Of a stretch of 64,000 bases of DNA, positions 1 to 12,122 are shown one piece after another. A program made the position numbers and the translations under genes. The notes below the pieces were generated by a model. It saw nothing but the letters and a program-made list of their open reading frames with translations, did not search any database and was not told the DNA's origin. Source of the stretch: Hydrolagus affinis. Lineage: Eukaryota. The DNA is taken from the NCBI GenBank assembly GCA_012026655.1, contig JAAILG010000002.1, forward strand, positions 124,001 to 188,000, given 5' to 3'. Numbering within the stretch: the stretch's first letter is position 1; each line of letters opens with the position of its first letter.

Positions 1-253
1 CACAGGTGCTAACTTGGGATTGGGCATTCGCTTGTGAAAACTTTGCTGTGTGAACTGCGCATCGCTTGTCCACCGGTTGAAACTTTTGCAGATAGCCTCC
101 ACTGGATTGCCTGTGGGTGTCCTAACCCCCTGGTGGATAAGGTGCTGCCCTTACACCCAGGAGAGGAGAGCAATGATGGGGAAATGTTTCTGTCGCGGCA
201 AATGTTGATCTGCGTCTCCGCAAAAGAAGAAATGGCCATTCGGGCAGATGTAC

Positions 254-561
254 ATAATAATAATCCATGCATCTGAAGTAACACTTTTCACAACTTCTAG
301 GCGTCTCAAAGCACTTCACAGAATGTGCTGTAAAGTGAATTGACTGTATAAATGTTGGCGAAATGCGTCAGACGATTGCGCACGGCGGTGTCCCACAAAC
401 AGTCGTGGATTGAAATGACCAATTTATTAGTTGGGTTTTCAAAGGATTATTATCAGGCGTGTGGAGTAAGGAAACTTGGCCAAGGTTTTAGCCCCTCGGG
501 AATCAAACCCAGGTTTCTCACTTGTAAAGCGAGTGGTCTAACCACTGAGCTACAGGACTCC
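254..561 (-). mobile_element. Full-length tRNA-derived SINE (family A, short form)
   Basis: The reverse complement reads GGAGTCCTGTAGCTCAGTGGTTAGACC (A box)...GGGTTTGATTCC (B box)...body...TGCATGGATTATTATTAT tail. Aligns by eye with the copies at 30195, 46730 and 53656. Confidence 0.92.
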
Positions 562-619
562 AATTAGCTGACATCAATTAGCTCTTTAGTTTAGGTAATC
601 ATAGTTTGATATCTATTGC

Positions 620-1190
620 CTGTGGAATTTCACCAGTCTTACCCAAAGTGACTGTGCCAAAAATCAGGGTCACCATGACCCTCAAAGCCACAGCTCGATT
701 CCAGTCGCAAAGGACATCTTCGCAAGATCTATTGTTGTTTGACACCGTTGCTTCCTTTGCCAGCACCAAACCCGCTTTAAAAACACTACTCCATTAATCC
801 TGGGCCTGGAAACTCAGGCTCTTTAGATCATTTACTTCAGATATGGTCTTCTCCTGAGATTCCTTCAATTTGTCCTCATCCTCCTTGGAACAGTGATGGC
901 AACCACGATAAGAACAAGTGCCATGTTGCTGTCCTGTTGATGACAGCTTTGAGTTTGAATTATAGCTACTGTGTGCGCAGGTCACTTAAGTATTCAGAAA
1001 CTGCAATGTGCCTACATTTAATTGGATCCACCACAGCTCTGGAAACCTGCTGCTGAGATTTCGAACTCTGTTAGAAACTGGGAGCCTCTGTCCGCGGCAT
1101 AGGATAGTTTTGTCGTGGCCAACTTTTATTATGCCATCAGCAAAAATGGCCCAGAGTTGGAGATTAACTTTGATTGTCAAGTCAGTTACC
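620..1190 (-). mobile_element. Possible very old LINE (CR1/L2-like) ORF2 C-terminal remnant
   Basis: The minus-strand frame, interrupted by a few stops, gives ...LPVSNRVRNLSSRF... and ...KEDEDKLKESQEKTISEVNDLKSLSFQAQD..., loosely resembling the CR1 KKDIDKLERVQRRATRMI.GLK.LSYEERL region. Weak match. Confidence 0.3.
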
Positions 1191-1439
1191 ATTCATTGGT
1201 AACAGAAGTCGATTAAGCCTCAACTTGACAGTGTTACACTTGCACGCTTGCAGATCTGAACTAATATGTTTCCTTCTCTATAGGTCAACTGAACATCTGA
1301 TCTAAAGATACGCAGCAAAAATTAAAGTGGTGGAACAACATTTTGTTATCTGAAATTAATTTAGCTGATGCCTTCTCAGTAGAATGGGATTCCTAAAGGA
1401 GAAAGCGCCAGGATAGTCTCACAGCAAACTCCACCTTAT

Positions 1440-1730
1440 CTGTTCCCTTTGTTTGCGGCTGCTCTCCTTGGCCAATCAAATTTGCAAATCACCTCTTCCT
1501 TTACCTACTTTGGTCTTTTGTCCCTGATATTTTTAACGCTCATGTCTCCCCCTTTGCCAGTTGCTATAACCCTCGTCACTCTCGTCATTATCCCACTTTG
1601 TCCACTCACACTCTTTTGTGCTTATTATCTGAAACAAAAACAGAAGTTGCTGGGGAAACTCAGCAGGTTAGGCAGCATCCATGGAGAAAGGAAAAAGAGT
1701 CAACGTTTGGGGTCTACAACCACTTTCTTG
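1440..1730. mobile_element. Penelope-like element remnant (pyrimidine-rich tract plus one terminal arm)
   Basis: 1632-1730 AAACAGAAGTTGCTGGGGAAACTCAGCAGGTTAGGCAGCATCCATGGAGAAAGG...GAGTCAACGTTT corresponds to the left arm, and is complementary to the right arm, of the element at 29799-30037. It matches the recalled shark Penelope terminal repeat. Confidence 0.6.
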
Positions 1731-2929
1731 TCTATTTTATACCAGGGGCCGCCTGCAATTGCATTGGTGAATCTCATACACTGTTGACCTGCTGATCAAC
1801 TCTGTGTTAAAACAGTATGGATCAGTCTCTTCACTGCCAATAATGCCGAGTGGGACTGGATTAGTAGCAATCTAGCCATAAACTATACAGTACGTATTTG
1901 AAGCTGCAACTCACAATATTAAGCTTGTACACTTGTAGCTCTGAACTACATTTTCTGTCCTACATTTACAACGCATAATAGATTCAATTTGATCATCGTA
2001 GTATGTCAAATTTGTTATGAAACGTCGCACATAACCTCTCCTCCCTGCCCCCCCCACCCCCCCCCCCACCATATTGTAAGAAAATATTGCTAGTATTCTT
2101 CATTTTTAGCCTTTAAACCGAAAATGATCAGTGCTGAGATTGAGAGAGAGATATAGAGAAATAGATACTCAGGAGAGACTTACAAGATTGAAAACTCATC
2201 AAGTTTCCGATCATGGCATTGTCTTGAGTAACTGATGAATTTCATCCAGAGCACTTTAGGAATCAGTTCTGAACCTTTCACTTCAAATCCTTCTCATCAA
2301 CAAAGCTCTGTGCCATTACACAGCAAACGCGGTTTCTCTCGCAACAATTAACATTTCAACGGAGTCGCTAAGTCTCGCAGCCGTGCTCAATGAGAGTAGT
2401 AACACTCCATTTGTGATGTTCGTAATGCAGGTTTACATGAACCAATTTCCAGTAGATTAGAGGAAAATTTCACAGTCAATATACCTGATGGATAGAGTTG
2501 TGCACCACTGGGAGTAAATGACAAGGCCAGAATTTAATTGAAGGGTTTACCTGATGCCATCTCAATCCCAAGATTACACAGCAGCCTTGTATTCATAGCT
2601 CATCATCCACAATTGGAGTCCTGTAGCTCATCATCCACAATTGTTATGCTACATTCCGCAGACTCAGCAAAATGAAACTGGTGCTAAAGACAGCTAAAAG
2701 AACTAAACTTGCAGGCTGGTGCTGAATAACATGATCACATGATTGAAAGAAAATCGTGATTCGATCTTCTCTCTCGGTTTTAAACAGTATTACAAGGAAA
2801 ATTGGCGCCTGCTATGATGTATGTTTTAATATGTAACATTATTCCAATAGTTTGGCTCTGTAGCTTTCAGGCATTACATAATTACAATCACTATGTAAAT
2901 ATCTTCCCTTGACTTTAGTGTTGGTTTAG

Positions 2930-3093
2930 TGTAGGTTTAACTTAATGTTAAAATCTACCTCTACCTAACTGTGCTTGTGGTCACCCCATCCCCTCACTCT
3001 CTCTCCTCTATCCAGTTTGGTGTCCGAATTAAAGTGCTCTGAGACACCATTCCAAGTGAAGGGCACTATCTAAAAATGAGTCGTTGTTGTTGC
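2930..3093 (+). mobile_element. L2-clade LINE 3' end
   Basis: Decayed end-of-ORF2-like segment, then AAGTGCTCTGAGAC...GAAGGGCACTAT stem-loop and (GTT)n tail. Confidence 0.6.
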
Positions 3094-3584
3094 TAGTAAA
3101 GCTTAAGTAGAATTAAAAAAGGATTGGAATTATTTGTTCACAAAAAGTAGCCACTTAGTACCTGTAGTTACACCAAGAATTCACTCTTGAAACCAGCAGA
3201 GCTGTGTCTCTGTTAGCCGTTGAGGCACAATAGTATTCTGCATTTTGCAAGTGGTTTGAAACACACAACAATGGGTTTCTAATTCTTGGCTCGGTTCCCA
3301 AACGTTGTCTCTCTATCACTGGAATATCCCCTTAAAATCAAACCACATCTGTGTTTGCATGATTCATAGTCTGAGCACAGTGTTTCTGTCAGTGTGAAAA
3401 AAAAAGTGATTTAATGATAAATCATATCACTGGTTTCTATAGTCTTTTCTGGGTTTCTACCAGGTCTAAGCGAGGAGGGGAGAAAATATATATTAAGAGT
3501 GTGTAGGATTTGCTATGTAATGTGCAGTGTTTACTAATTCAGTAATTGAAGTCACATTAGTCAATTCATATCCAATAGCACGTT

Positions 3585-3873
3585 TAATGATAATAATCCT
3601 TGCATTTGACGTCTCAAAACGTCTTCTAGACATCTTTTTCGCTTCACAGAATATACTGAAAAGTGAATTGACAATGCAAACCGCAGCAGCCATTGCACAT
3701 AGCAGTGTCCCACAAACAGCCGTGGATTGAGTGATCAAAGGATTTTTTTTGCTCTGGAGTTATTACAATCCGGCGTGTGAACTAAGGAAATCTTCTCAAG
3801 GTTTCACCCACCCTGCCAGGAATCAAACCCAGGTCTCTCGCTTGTGAGGAGAGTGCTCTAACCGCTGAGCTAC
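3585..3873 (-). mobile_element. Near full-length family A SINE
   Basis: On minus: GTAGCTCAGCGGTTAGAGCAC head, GGGTTTGATTCC B box, TGCAAGGATTATTAT tail. Confidence 0.9.
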
Positions 3874-4756
3874 CTTTATGCCGTCATTGAATAATTTTAA
3901 TTTGGCTTCACAATTTTCTTTTAAAATAACTTTGTCCTAATTAATTTGATCTATCACCATTGCGCCCTTTGGTTGACAGACATCAAGGCTTGTGCTTTAG
4001 TAGTGCGTGAGAGATAATCCCTCCCAGCTCCAGACAGTCAATTCTCATTCCGCAGGGCAAGCCACCGTCCAGATCTCAGCAGAGATGTGAATCTTGATTC
4101 CAACACTTCGGCACCATAGCTACGAGGCAAATGAGGTGCCAAGTATCCATTATACAATTAAATTAACAATCTCTCATGAGAAGCCAAAAATATCTTAGCA
4201 GCTTGCCATTCTGACAATTCTCTGCTCACTGAACCATGCAGTTGGATATATCAAAGTAGGCCTATTTTAACTGCTCCACCTTTGTGGAAGTTCACAATTG
4301 CACTGTATATATATAATATATATAATTTTTTTCTGTGACGAGGGTTTTAAAAAAAAGGCAGCTGAATACATTAATAGAATTCAAAGCATCAATCAACATT
4401 ATTGCACAAATTCAGACATCTGGATTACGTTTCATCTTCCTTCTTCTCCCCGTTCTGTCTCAGCATTTCATCAAAGAAATTAGGTTTTGCTGTATTTCCT
4501 GTACAGTTCATGTGCTGCAGCATGTTTATTTATACCTTTTGCAGGCTTAAGAACTGACGTTTTTTGTTAGCACCCACAATTCAGCAAGCCCTCACAAGGG
4601 GGAAATTTGTGGAGGTGAATGAGGTGAGTTTCAGTGACTTTAACTAATTCATTTTTGGGAGGTACGCACAGTGTAAACCTAACTTTAAGATCACCCCACA
4701 AATCTGGCCAACTCGCTGGTATGGGCAAATTTCCCATTCTTTGGTATTTGCACTTT

Positions 4757-4815
4757 ACAACAACAACTCACATCTACATAGCACCCTCCACACCAGACGC
4801 ATCTCAGAGCACTTC
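4757..4815 (-). mobile_element. L2-type tail fragment with (GTT)n end
   Basis: (CAA)n followed by CATCTACATAGCACC...TCTCAGAGCACTT. Confidence 0.55.
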
Positions 4816-5285
4816 GAATTACATTATGGTACAGCACAAAGTAACACCGTAATATAATGTGAACGTATTAGAATGTGATGATCGATGAGCAGTTTTTGTC
4901 CAAAGCCATTTGCACAGCGCTTTGTGCGCTTGCGATCAACAGTAAATCACAGTGGCTGAAGTCGTCCAGAGCTGCACTATTGTAACGGTTGGAGCACTGC
5001 CAGTGCCAATGGATCTTACACTGGCATGAATTGTCTCCTTCGAGAAGATAGGAGGTAAAGGGAACGACTGGTTCGGGTTTGAAATTGCTGATTTTTCACC
5101 CTTGCCGAATACTTAGTTTTTATAGGCACAGGTAGTAACAGTACATCTGAAATCATGGCTCCAAAGGTGATATATCAATACAAAATGATGTCATTGTGTT
5201 GTTTCTTGAAGTGCTAATGCATGGAGACATGTGAGGATGATGTCAGTGAACGGAAAGTGTACGTACAGCAGTGGGCCAATGTTTC

Positions 5286-5357
5286 CAGCACCTTGGGACG
5301 TCCTCCTGACGTGAAAGGCCCTATACAAGTGTCATTTTGTTTTTGTTCTTGTTCTTG
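5286..5357 (+). mobile_element. Tail-only element (family B: stem-loop plus T/G-rich tail)
   Basis: CAGCACCTTGGGACGTCCTCCTGACGTGAAAGGCCCTATACAAGTGTCATTTTGTTTTTGTTC; matches the copies at 39656, 61463 and 63060. Confidence 0.85.
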
Positions 5358-8300
5358 GTAAATTCAGGATGTTCAGGTTCAGGATGGTAAATTATTACTG
5401 GACTAGATGTTAATCGTCTACGCAGCTCCTCTCCAACCCTGAGAACTGAAAGTATCTATCCCCAAGACCAACTTCTTTGAAAGTGGAAAGATCAATGCAA
5501 AAAAAAGTGCTACTTTTCTTCATCTTTTGGATGAGAAAAATGAATAATACACTGTCTCCATCCAGTCTTATCTCAGTTGGTACGTTGCATGCCACATGAA
5601 AAAATATCTCCTGTTGGAGATGTGACAACCTTTCTTTGTCAAGCATGGAATGTTTTCCTCTCTTCACCACCCCACCCCCACCCCCCCGCCACACACACAC
5701 ACACATTTGAATTGATGGATACCCAGTTTCACATGAACGACAGTGACAATATCTTAACTATTGTGAATTATCAGACAGATGAGTGAGAAGAACATTCTGT
5801 GGCAAGAAGTGGACATTCACAGTAGCAGCCAAGGACTGCAGAACACAGTACAACTCTAATCCAATTCCCACTAAGTTAATATCCTTCCATCCACTGTCAT
5901 TTATAGGTGAGGAGCTCATCAGCCATGTATAGTTTTGACCTCTTCCAGGTTTGAAATTGATGACAGAGTATGTAATGATCATCTGCACTTCATCTCAATA
6001 TCTCCAGAACCACCGCATAGAAACCACTTAAACTTTACAAGGATTCGCGTAAATATTGTTATGGCCTTTTTTATTTAGGGAGTAAAATAAATCTAAACTA
6101 TTAGCTACACAGAAAAAAAGTGTAATATAGAATCATTATTTCCCAATAAAAAAATTAATTTTCTCTGAATTAAACCCTGGTGAACTATATATAGTTACAG
6201 CATCTGATGAATTGTGGATCATTCAGATCACTGATACATGCCGGGAAAATTGTTAATCAGAGCCTTTATGATTACCAAATGTACCGATTATTATTATAGT
6301 TGAAGTAGCCAAAAAGGGTTATCTTAAAAAAGTATCTCAACAAAAATTCTCTCTGTAGGTGAGGAGAAGTAGATTACATATTACACCGTAGTTCTTGCAT
6401 TCTGAATAAAAAAGAAATACTGAAACATATATTTATAGTGAAAAATGTATAACCATTCCATATACTGTACATATATACTGTATATATAACTAAACCAAAT
6501 GCATGACTACACTGTTCTAATCGCAGTGTTAACGTAAAGATAATGTTCCGGTAGTGATTGCACAAACAGCACTTTAAAAGTGAAATTTCAGAAACTTGCG
6601 GTTCTTACAAGTTTTCTGTCGTAGATTAATAGCTAGCCCGACAATACTGAGCTGGCAAAATAAAGGAAGATGTGCAGACAAGGGGTGACAACTGAGGTTA
6701 CGCACTCATCAGAAATCCAATATAGATTAATCCGAGTGCAAAATAAATTTACTTGCTTTCACATTAAGCCTGTGTCTGCTGTGGAATTGGCGAGCCGCAG
6801 CATCCTGCAATTTCTGACAGAGTGAGAAGCAACTCCAACCTGTCGGCATCAGTCGCTGCCTGGGTCCAGAAAAATCTCCGTCCCTACGCCAATATTTTAC
6901 TATCTCTATGGCCTGACGCAAGAAGCACGAAAGCCAAGTTTTAAAAGCTTCGAACACAGAAATAACTGAGCCCGAATATATTTCAGCCTTGATCCAAAGC
7001 TGGCAGGGAAAAAAAACAAGTAAACAGCGTACGCAGAGGATGTATCAATCGCTTTGGTGGGCAATGCTTTCAGAATTTGGGGTGGATGCCAGATATCTCT
7101 AAATTGACTACAATGAAAAATGTTTGAATAGGTTCCCAAGTGAAGTAGACAAACCCCCCTTCTGTTATTCCCCGCTCTACTATTAGATTCATGTTGTTGG
7201 GGTGACATAGCAGATCCTCCCGAAATCTGCCAGCTGATCAAGAGATGGTCCAGGGGAAAAAGAGTGAAATTTTGTAACATATATTACCATTAAAATATGA
7301 ACAATAATCATAATACAATAGAGCTCTTACAGAGATCATGCTACTGGTTTATTTCCATACTTGTAAAATATTGGCACTTCATCGAAAACAGATCAATATA
7401 CTGTATTCCAGTTATAAATCCCTGACATTTTCCACAGTAAGCCAGACTGGAAATTTGCCACTTTTTCCTTCCCGTCAAAGTGCATTTTAATCTCGGCAGA
7501 TAAATGGATTACAGCAAATGGATATATTCGGTTCCCCAAAGGAAAATGAGTTTCCTGATAAATTTCCTTTCATGTTCGTGTTTCATTCTCACTGTTATAA
7601 TGTGCAGAACCTAAAACATAATAAATGAATATGAGGTTGTGTAACTTGTCGTCTGATATCAATGTCAAAAACACAAGGATTATTTTTATTAAAGCAATTG
7701 CCCCCTCTGAGTACCAAGCTATGCAGTTTTTGTAATTTATGCCACCACACCACGTTTCTTTCTGTGAAAGAAATTAACATTAAATGTACGAGTATTGCAA
7801 CTCCTTGTTGCAAGCGAGAAATACAGTGTATATCGCGTTCATGAGTTTTGCGTTAACTGCCACTGATGGCTTCAGTACCAAGTCCTTTCCTTTTTCCACA
7901 CACAAAACAAATGGTTGTTCAATCCGACCATGTGTGGTCTGAACAAAATTCTCGGGGAAAAAAACACACACAATATTTACTATTTATCAAGAATGTAATC
8001 ATCAGGGGAAAAACACAGCACTTAATGCAATAATTATCACATCATATACAGTATTGTGTTTCCTCCCTCCCTCCTCTCCCCTCCCCTCGCAATACAGAGC
8101 CAAGAATACATTTGCAAGTACTGTAGACTAATTTGTCTAGTTCCATGTTACACATTCAGCTGCAGTTTGGTGGGTTGGAGCCAGTTTGGTCTAAACTCAC
8201 TAAACTGATGAAAAATGTGAAGTTAGGCCAATCCAATGTGGGTGGGGGGGGGCGGTGGGGGAGGTGGGCTGGAGAAAAAATAAAACGCAGATACAAAACA

Positions 8301-8985
8301 TTTCATTATTCCAGCTTTCTTAAAGGACCTACCCACAACTGTCACCAATTTTTACAAACGTTAAAGATTGTGGATGGGGTGATGGTGGGAGAGGAAGTGA
8401 AGGAATACTTTGGACAGACAGATTCATTAAGTTCATCACAAGTTTATGCGTTCCAAGCATTATCGCACCTACGTTATACTCGCGCATAAAATTCAAGCCT
8501 TTCCTTTTAAAACATTACATCTTTGAGGCAAGAGCAGCGAAGCAAAAAAAAACTATTCTCAGTGCTCTTGTAAAACAAAAAGATGACAGTTGCAGATGGA
8601 GTCGAGGTAAAGCAGAAATGCTCTCAAAAAAAACTATTAGTGTTTGCGCTTGCTCTACTGGGACTATATAGAAACAAGGACAGAAACAAAGAACTAATGC
8701 ATACGAGAATAACCTTTCATGGACAAAAATGACTTGTGGGACCAAGGCAAGTCTTTGTCCAAATTGAAATATTAGGAGGCTTTGAAAAATCAACTGTACC
8801 TAAAATAACTTACACATCCATTAACAACCTGAAATTCTGGATGTCTCATTCAATTTCCCCAGCACTATTTCCTTTGGGGGGGGGTGGGGGAAAGGCATTC
8901 GCTTTTTGAATTCAGCTGTGAAAGCCGTTTGGAATTGTACGCAACAAAGGTGAGATATTCAAGAGAAAAATCACCCTAATATAAT

Positions 8986-9212
8986 TGGGCATTCACTTCA
9001 TGGCTATTTGTGGGACATTCCTATCATCAAAGTGGATGTTGCATATGCCAACAGAGTACCCATTCATTATGCTTTACAATATACATCCTGTAAACATTTT
9101 GAGACATCCTCCTGAAGTAAAAGGCCCTACACCAACAACATCAACATGCATTTACATAGCGCCACTCAGGCAGTGTAGAGTCCCATATCAGATGTAAGGA
9201 TTATTATTACTA
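8986..9212. mobile_element. Composite of SINE 3' half (+), inverted (GTT)n tail (-) and (ATT)n tail (+)
   Basis: TTTGTGGGACATT...TTTGAGACATCCTCCTGAAGTAAAAGGCCCTA, then CAACAACATCAACATGCATTTACATAGCGCC, then ATGTAAGGATTATTATTA. Confidence 0.65.
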
Positions 9213-9533
9213 ATAATGTTAAAGAAACACAAATGGGTGTTGCATGAGTCATATCAACAAATGTGCTTTAGTATTGTAGCGCTGGGATTCTCTTGTAAAT
9301 ATTAAGCAGTATTTTCCTAAATATTTTTTGCACTGTGTGAATGTATCTTTATGAGCATGCACATGTCCTTCAACAATGCTCGGAACGTTTAGCTCTATTT
9401 TTACAATGAGCAGCTGTGAGATCAAGAAAATTGTCTAAAATTAATAACACCGCCATTCTATTTCTCTCAGCTAAACTTGCAACGCCAAACCGTCAAAAGT
9501 AACTAGGCTGAAGGCATTTTGGTCACCAAAAAT

Positions 9534-9633
9534 NNNNNNNNNNNNNNNNNNNNNNNNNNNNNNNNNNNNNNNNNNNNNNNNNNNNNNNNNNNNNNNNNNN
9601 NNNNNNNNNNNNNNNNNNNNNNNNNNNNNNNNN
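9534..9633. other. Assembly gap (100 N)
   Basis: Run of exactly 100 N, typical of a gap of unknown size. Confidence 1.
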
Positions 9634-9727
9634 CCCCCCCACCCTCCCCCAACCCTCCCCCCACCCCCCCACCCTACCCCAACCCTCCCCCCACCCCCCA
9701 CCCTCCCCCAACCCTCCCCCCACCCCC
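9634..9727. repeat. C-rich minisatellite, ~30-bp unit x3 (G-quadruplex-prone on minus strand)
   Basis: Unit ACCCTCCCCCAACCCTCCCCCCACCCCCCC starting at 9641, 9671 and 9700. Confidence 0.9.
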
Positions 9728-11734
9728 ATGCCGCAGCATTACAAGATTATCAGAAAAAAAACTGTTTGAATAAAAAGAGGAACGACTTCTGCATGTGAAA
9801 TAATCAACAGGAAATAGAGAGGAAAGAGCTTTATTCTGCTCAAACACTTTAAAGATTTGCTTAAACCAAGATGAAAAAAAATCAAATACCTTTTTAAAGC
9901 TTGCCAGACTTTCATCTCATAGTATTCCAAGCTTCTTGTTCATATTTTCCCTTCAACTTCATTCCCTACTGAATTCAAAGAGTAATTTCGAGATAGTAAC
10001 TTAATTAAAGGGTTTACATGATGGTTAAAATCATCTCGCACATTTGCTCTCGTAGTTTATGAAGCAATGTGAATGGCTCAATTAGATTTCTGCGTTACAA
10101 TCAATCACAGGTATCCATTTATTGCCAATTTAATTTACAATTATTGTTTATTTTTATGAATAAAGTGATACACAAATCATCTCTTGCATTGACTAGTCAC
10201 CAACTCTTCCACAACTAAATGCCACCTTGAGCCAATATTTTCAGAAGCAATGTGTCTCATAACACTGCAGTACAAACACAGCATTGATTTTGACTTTGCT
10301 CTGCTCAAGGGTGAACTTATAAGGGACCAAATTTCAATGTTATTAAAAAGCTAGTTACACCTCAGTCGCTGCAATAATATTCAAAGTGAAGACACACCTT
10401 CTGAAGGGACCTTTGTAGCCATGGGATATTGAATATGCATTTTATAGATGCTTAAATTTTTATTTTTGGTAGCCCTTAAAGCAGCATTTACAAAGTCGTT
10501 AAAATCCTCCAGTATTATTTAATGTTTAGGCCCAATACTGTCTTCAACCGTGCCTTGGGTCTCTCATTGCTTAGCAATCGGCAACCATTGTAATTAGGAA
10601 TCAGAACTCTGGTTGATTCTATCTCTAGAAGCACAAAAGAAAATGTTAATGTTTCAATTGCTGGTAAACCCCTGAATTGAATCAACCTTCTGCTCTGCGT
10701 GACTTTGGTTCGTGAACTTGGCATTTGGGGGCAGACCACAAAGACTTTCAGACCACATTTCCGACCAATATGAACTGCATTTTTCTAAGGACCAGGTCGA
10801 GGAGTTGGCGGTGGAGAGGGAAAGGGGATTGATGGACAAGCAAAATGTTAACAGGAGCTGCTCCATCAACACCAGCTCTGTGAGGAAGCTCCTATTACAA
10901 CACTAATTGCTATTATCAAATATTTAAAGTATTATTGATTTCTAAAGGGGAACCAAACCCCAGCAGTGAAGTTATGCCTTTCGTTAACATTACTCAATTT
11001 CATTTCCATTTTATTAACTGCGATTGTTACGCAGTTATTCTTTTGGACAGAGCGCTACATGTTCATTTACTTAGCCAGCCACCTGGCTAGCAATGTCTTT
11101 TCTGCTAATAATTATAGGTGAGCAATTAAATTGAGAGCCCACAGCTCCTGGGAAGCATCTAACCCCCTCCCCAATGGCAAACCATTTAATTACCGAAATA
11201 AGAACCATCATGCAGGGAGCATCTGTCAAACACGAACTGTGAATCCACAGTGATATGATTTACCCATAATCCGCCACAGATAAAAAATTGTTTTGATAAC
11301 CCTGGTGAACCTAAAAATAGGCAACTGCAGGCAGCTCAACGCAGAGGATTCTGCAACTGTAAACTAACACAGCAGAGTAAAAATTAAATCAAAAGAACGC
11401 CTTCCACATTGAATTAGCCCAGTGAAGCCACTTAGTAACCGCCTATGAAACTCCTCTGAAATAATTTTCACAAATAAGTGCTGAAAGCTGAAACGCTTTG
11501 GATATTTCTGAGCAACAGACAGCGTAAGCTTCTCTGAAAATAGAGTTTGGAAAACAAAACCCTTCATTGAATGGTGTCTAGGGGAAAGAGAGGTAATTAA
11601 GTGGATTACTAAAGAAAACAGTTTACATCAGAGAATGCTATAACAGGTGATGTGGGAGGAGAAGAAGTGGAGAAGGTACAATGGAAGCTGTGTGACAGTC
11701 TGCCCAAAGCAGCAATGCGATGCTGATATTATAC

Positions 11735-12122
11735 TGGTACTCATTGCATTTGAGGGCTTTGATGTTAAACTATTGATCCAATTGTTACATTATCCCTTCA
11801 CAGTCTTGCACTACTCCAACCTCTGCGACCTCCTTGAACCCTACTGACATGGCTGCTACATTCGCTCAGTGAGCACCGGCCTGTTTTGTGCCTTCACCCG
11901 ATCCGTCCCATCATCTGTGGGCTTTTTATCCACTTTGCCCCTGCTTTCTGGAAATCCATCCTGGTGTCTATCCATTTGGCTGGCTCCCTCCATTCTCCCG
12001 AAACGGACATCTTTGACCACGCTTTTGGTCATCTTTCCCATCCCCCACCTCCAGCTCAATTGCCCGTTTGGCACCGTCAAGTGAGGTGATGCTTATTCCC
12101 AAGGTGCTGTATAAATGTAAAA
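11735..12122 (+). mobile_element. L2 LINE 3' fragment
   Basis: Decayed RT C-terminus (VKLLIQLL...NLCDLLEPY...FAPAFWKSI...DIFDHAFGHL), like L2 FKILIL..YLCNLLQPY..AP.LWNSLP..LFD.AF. Ends in AAGGTGCTGTATAAATGTAA. Confidence 0.85.

Noticed and set aside
1-250. ORF 34-276 with a faint resemblance to a Penelope GIY-YIG region (ETFADSLHWI)
   Set aside because: Too little similarity, and it runs off the window edge and into a SINE tail.
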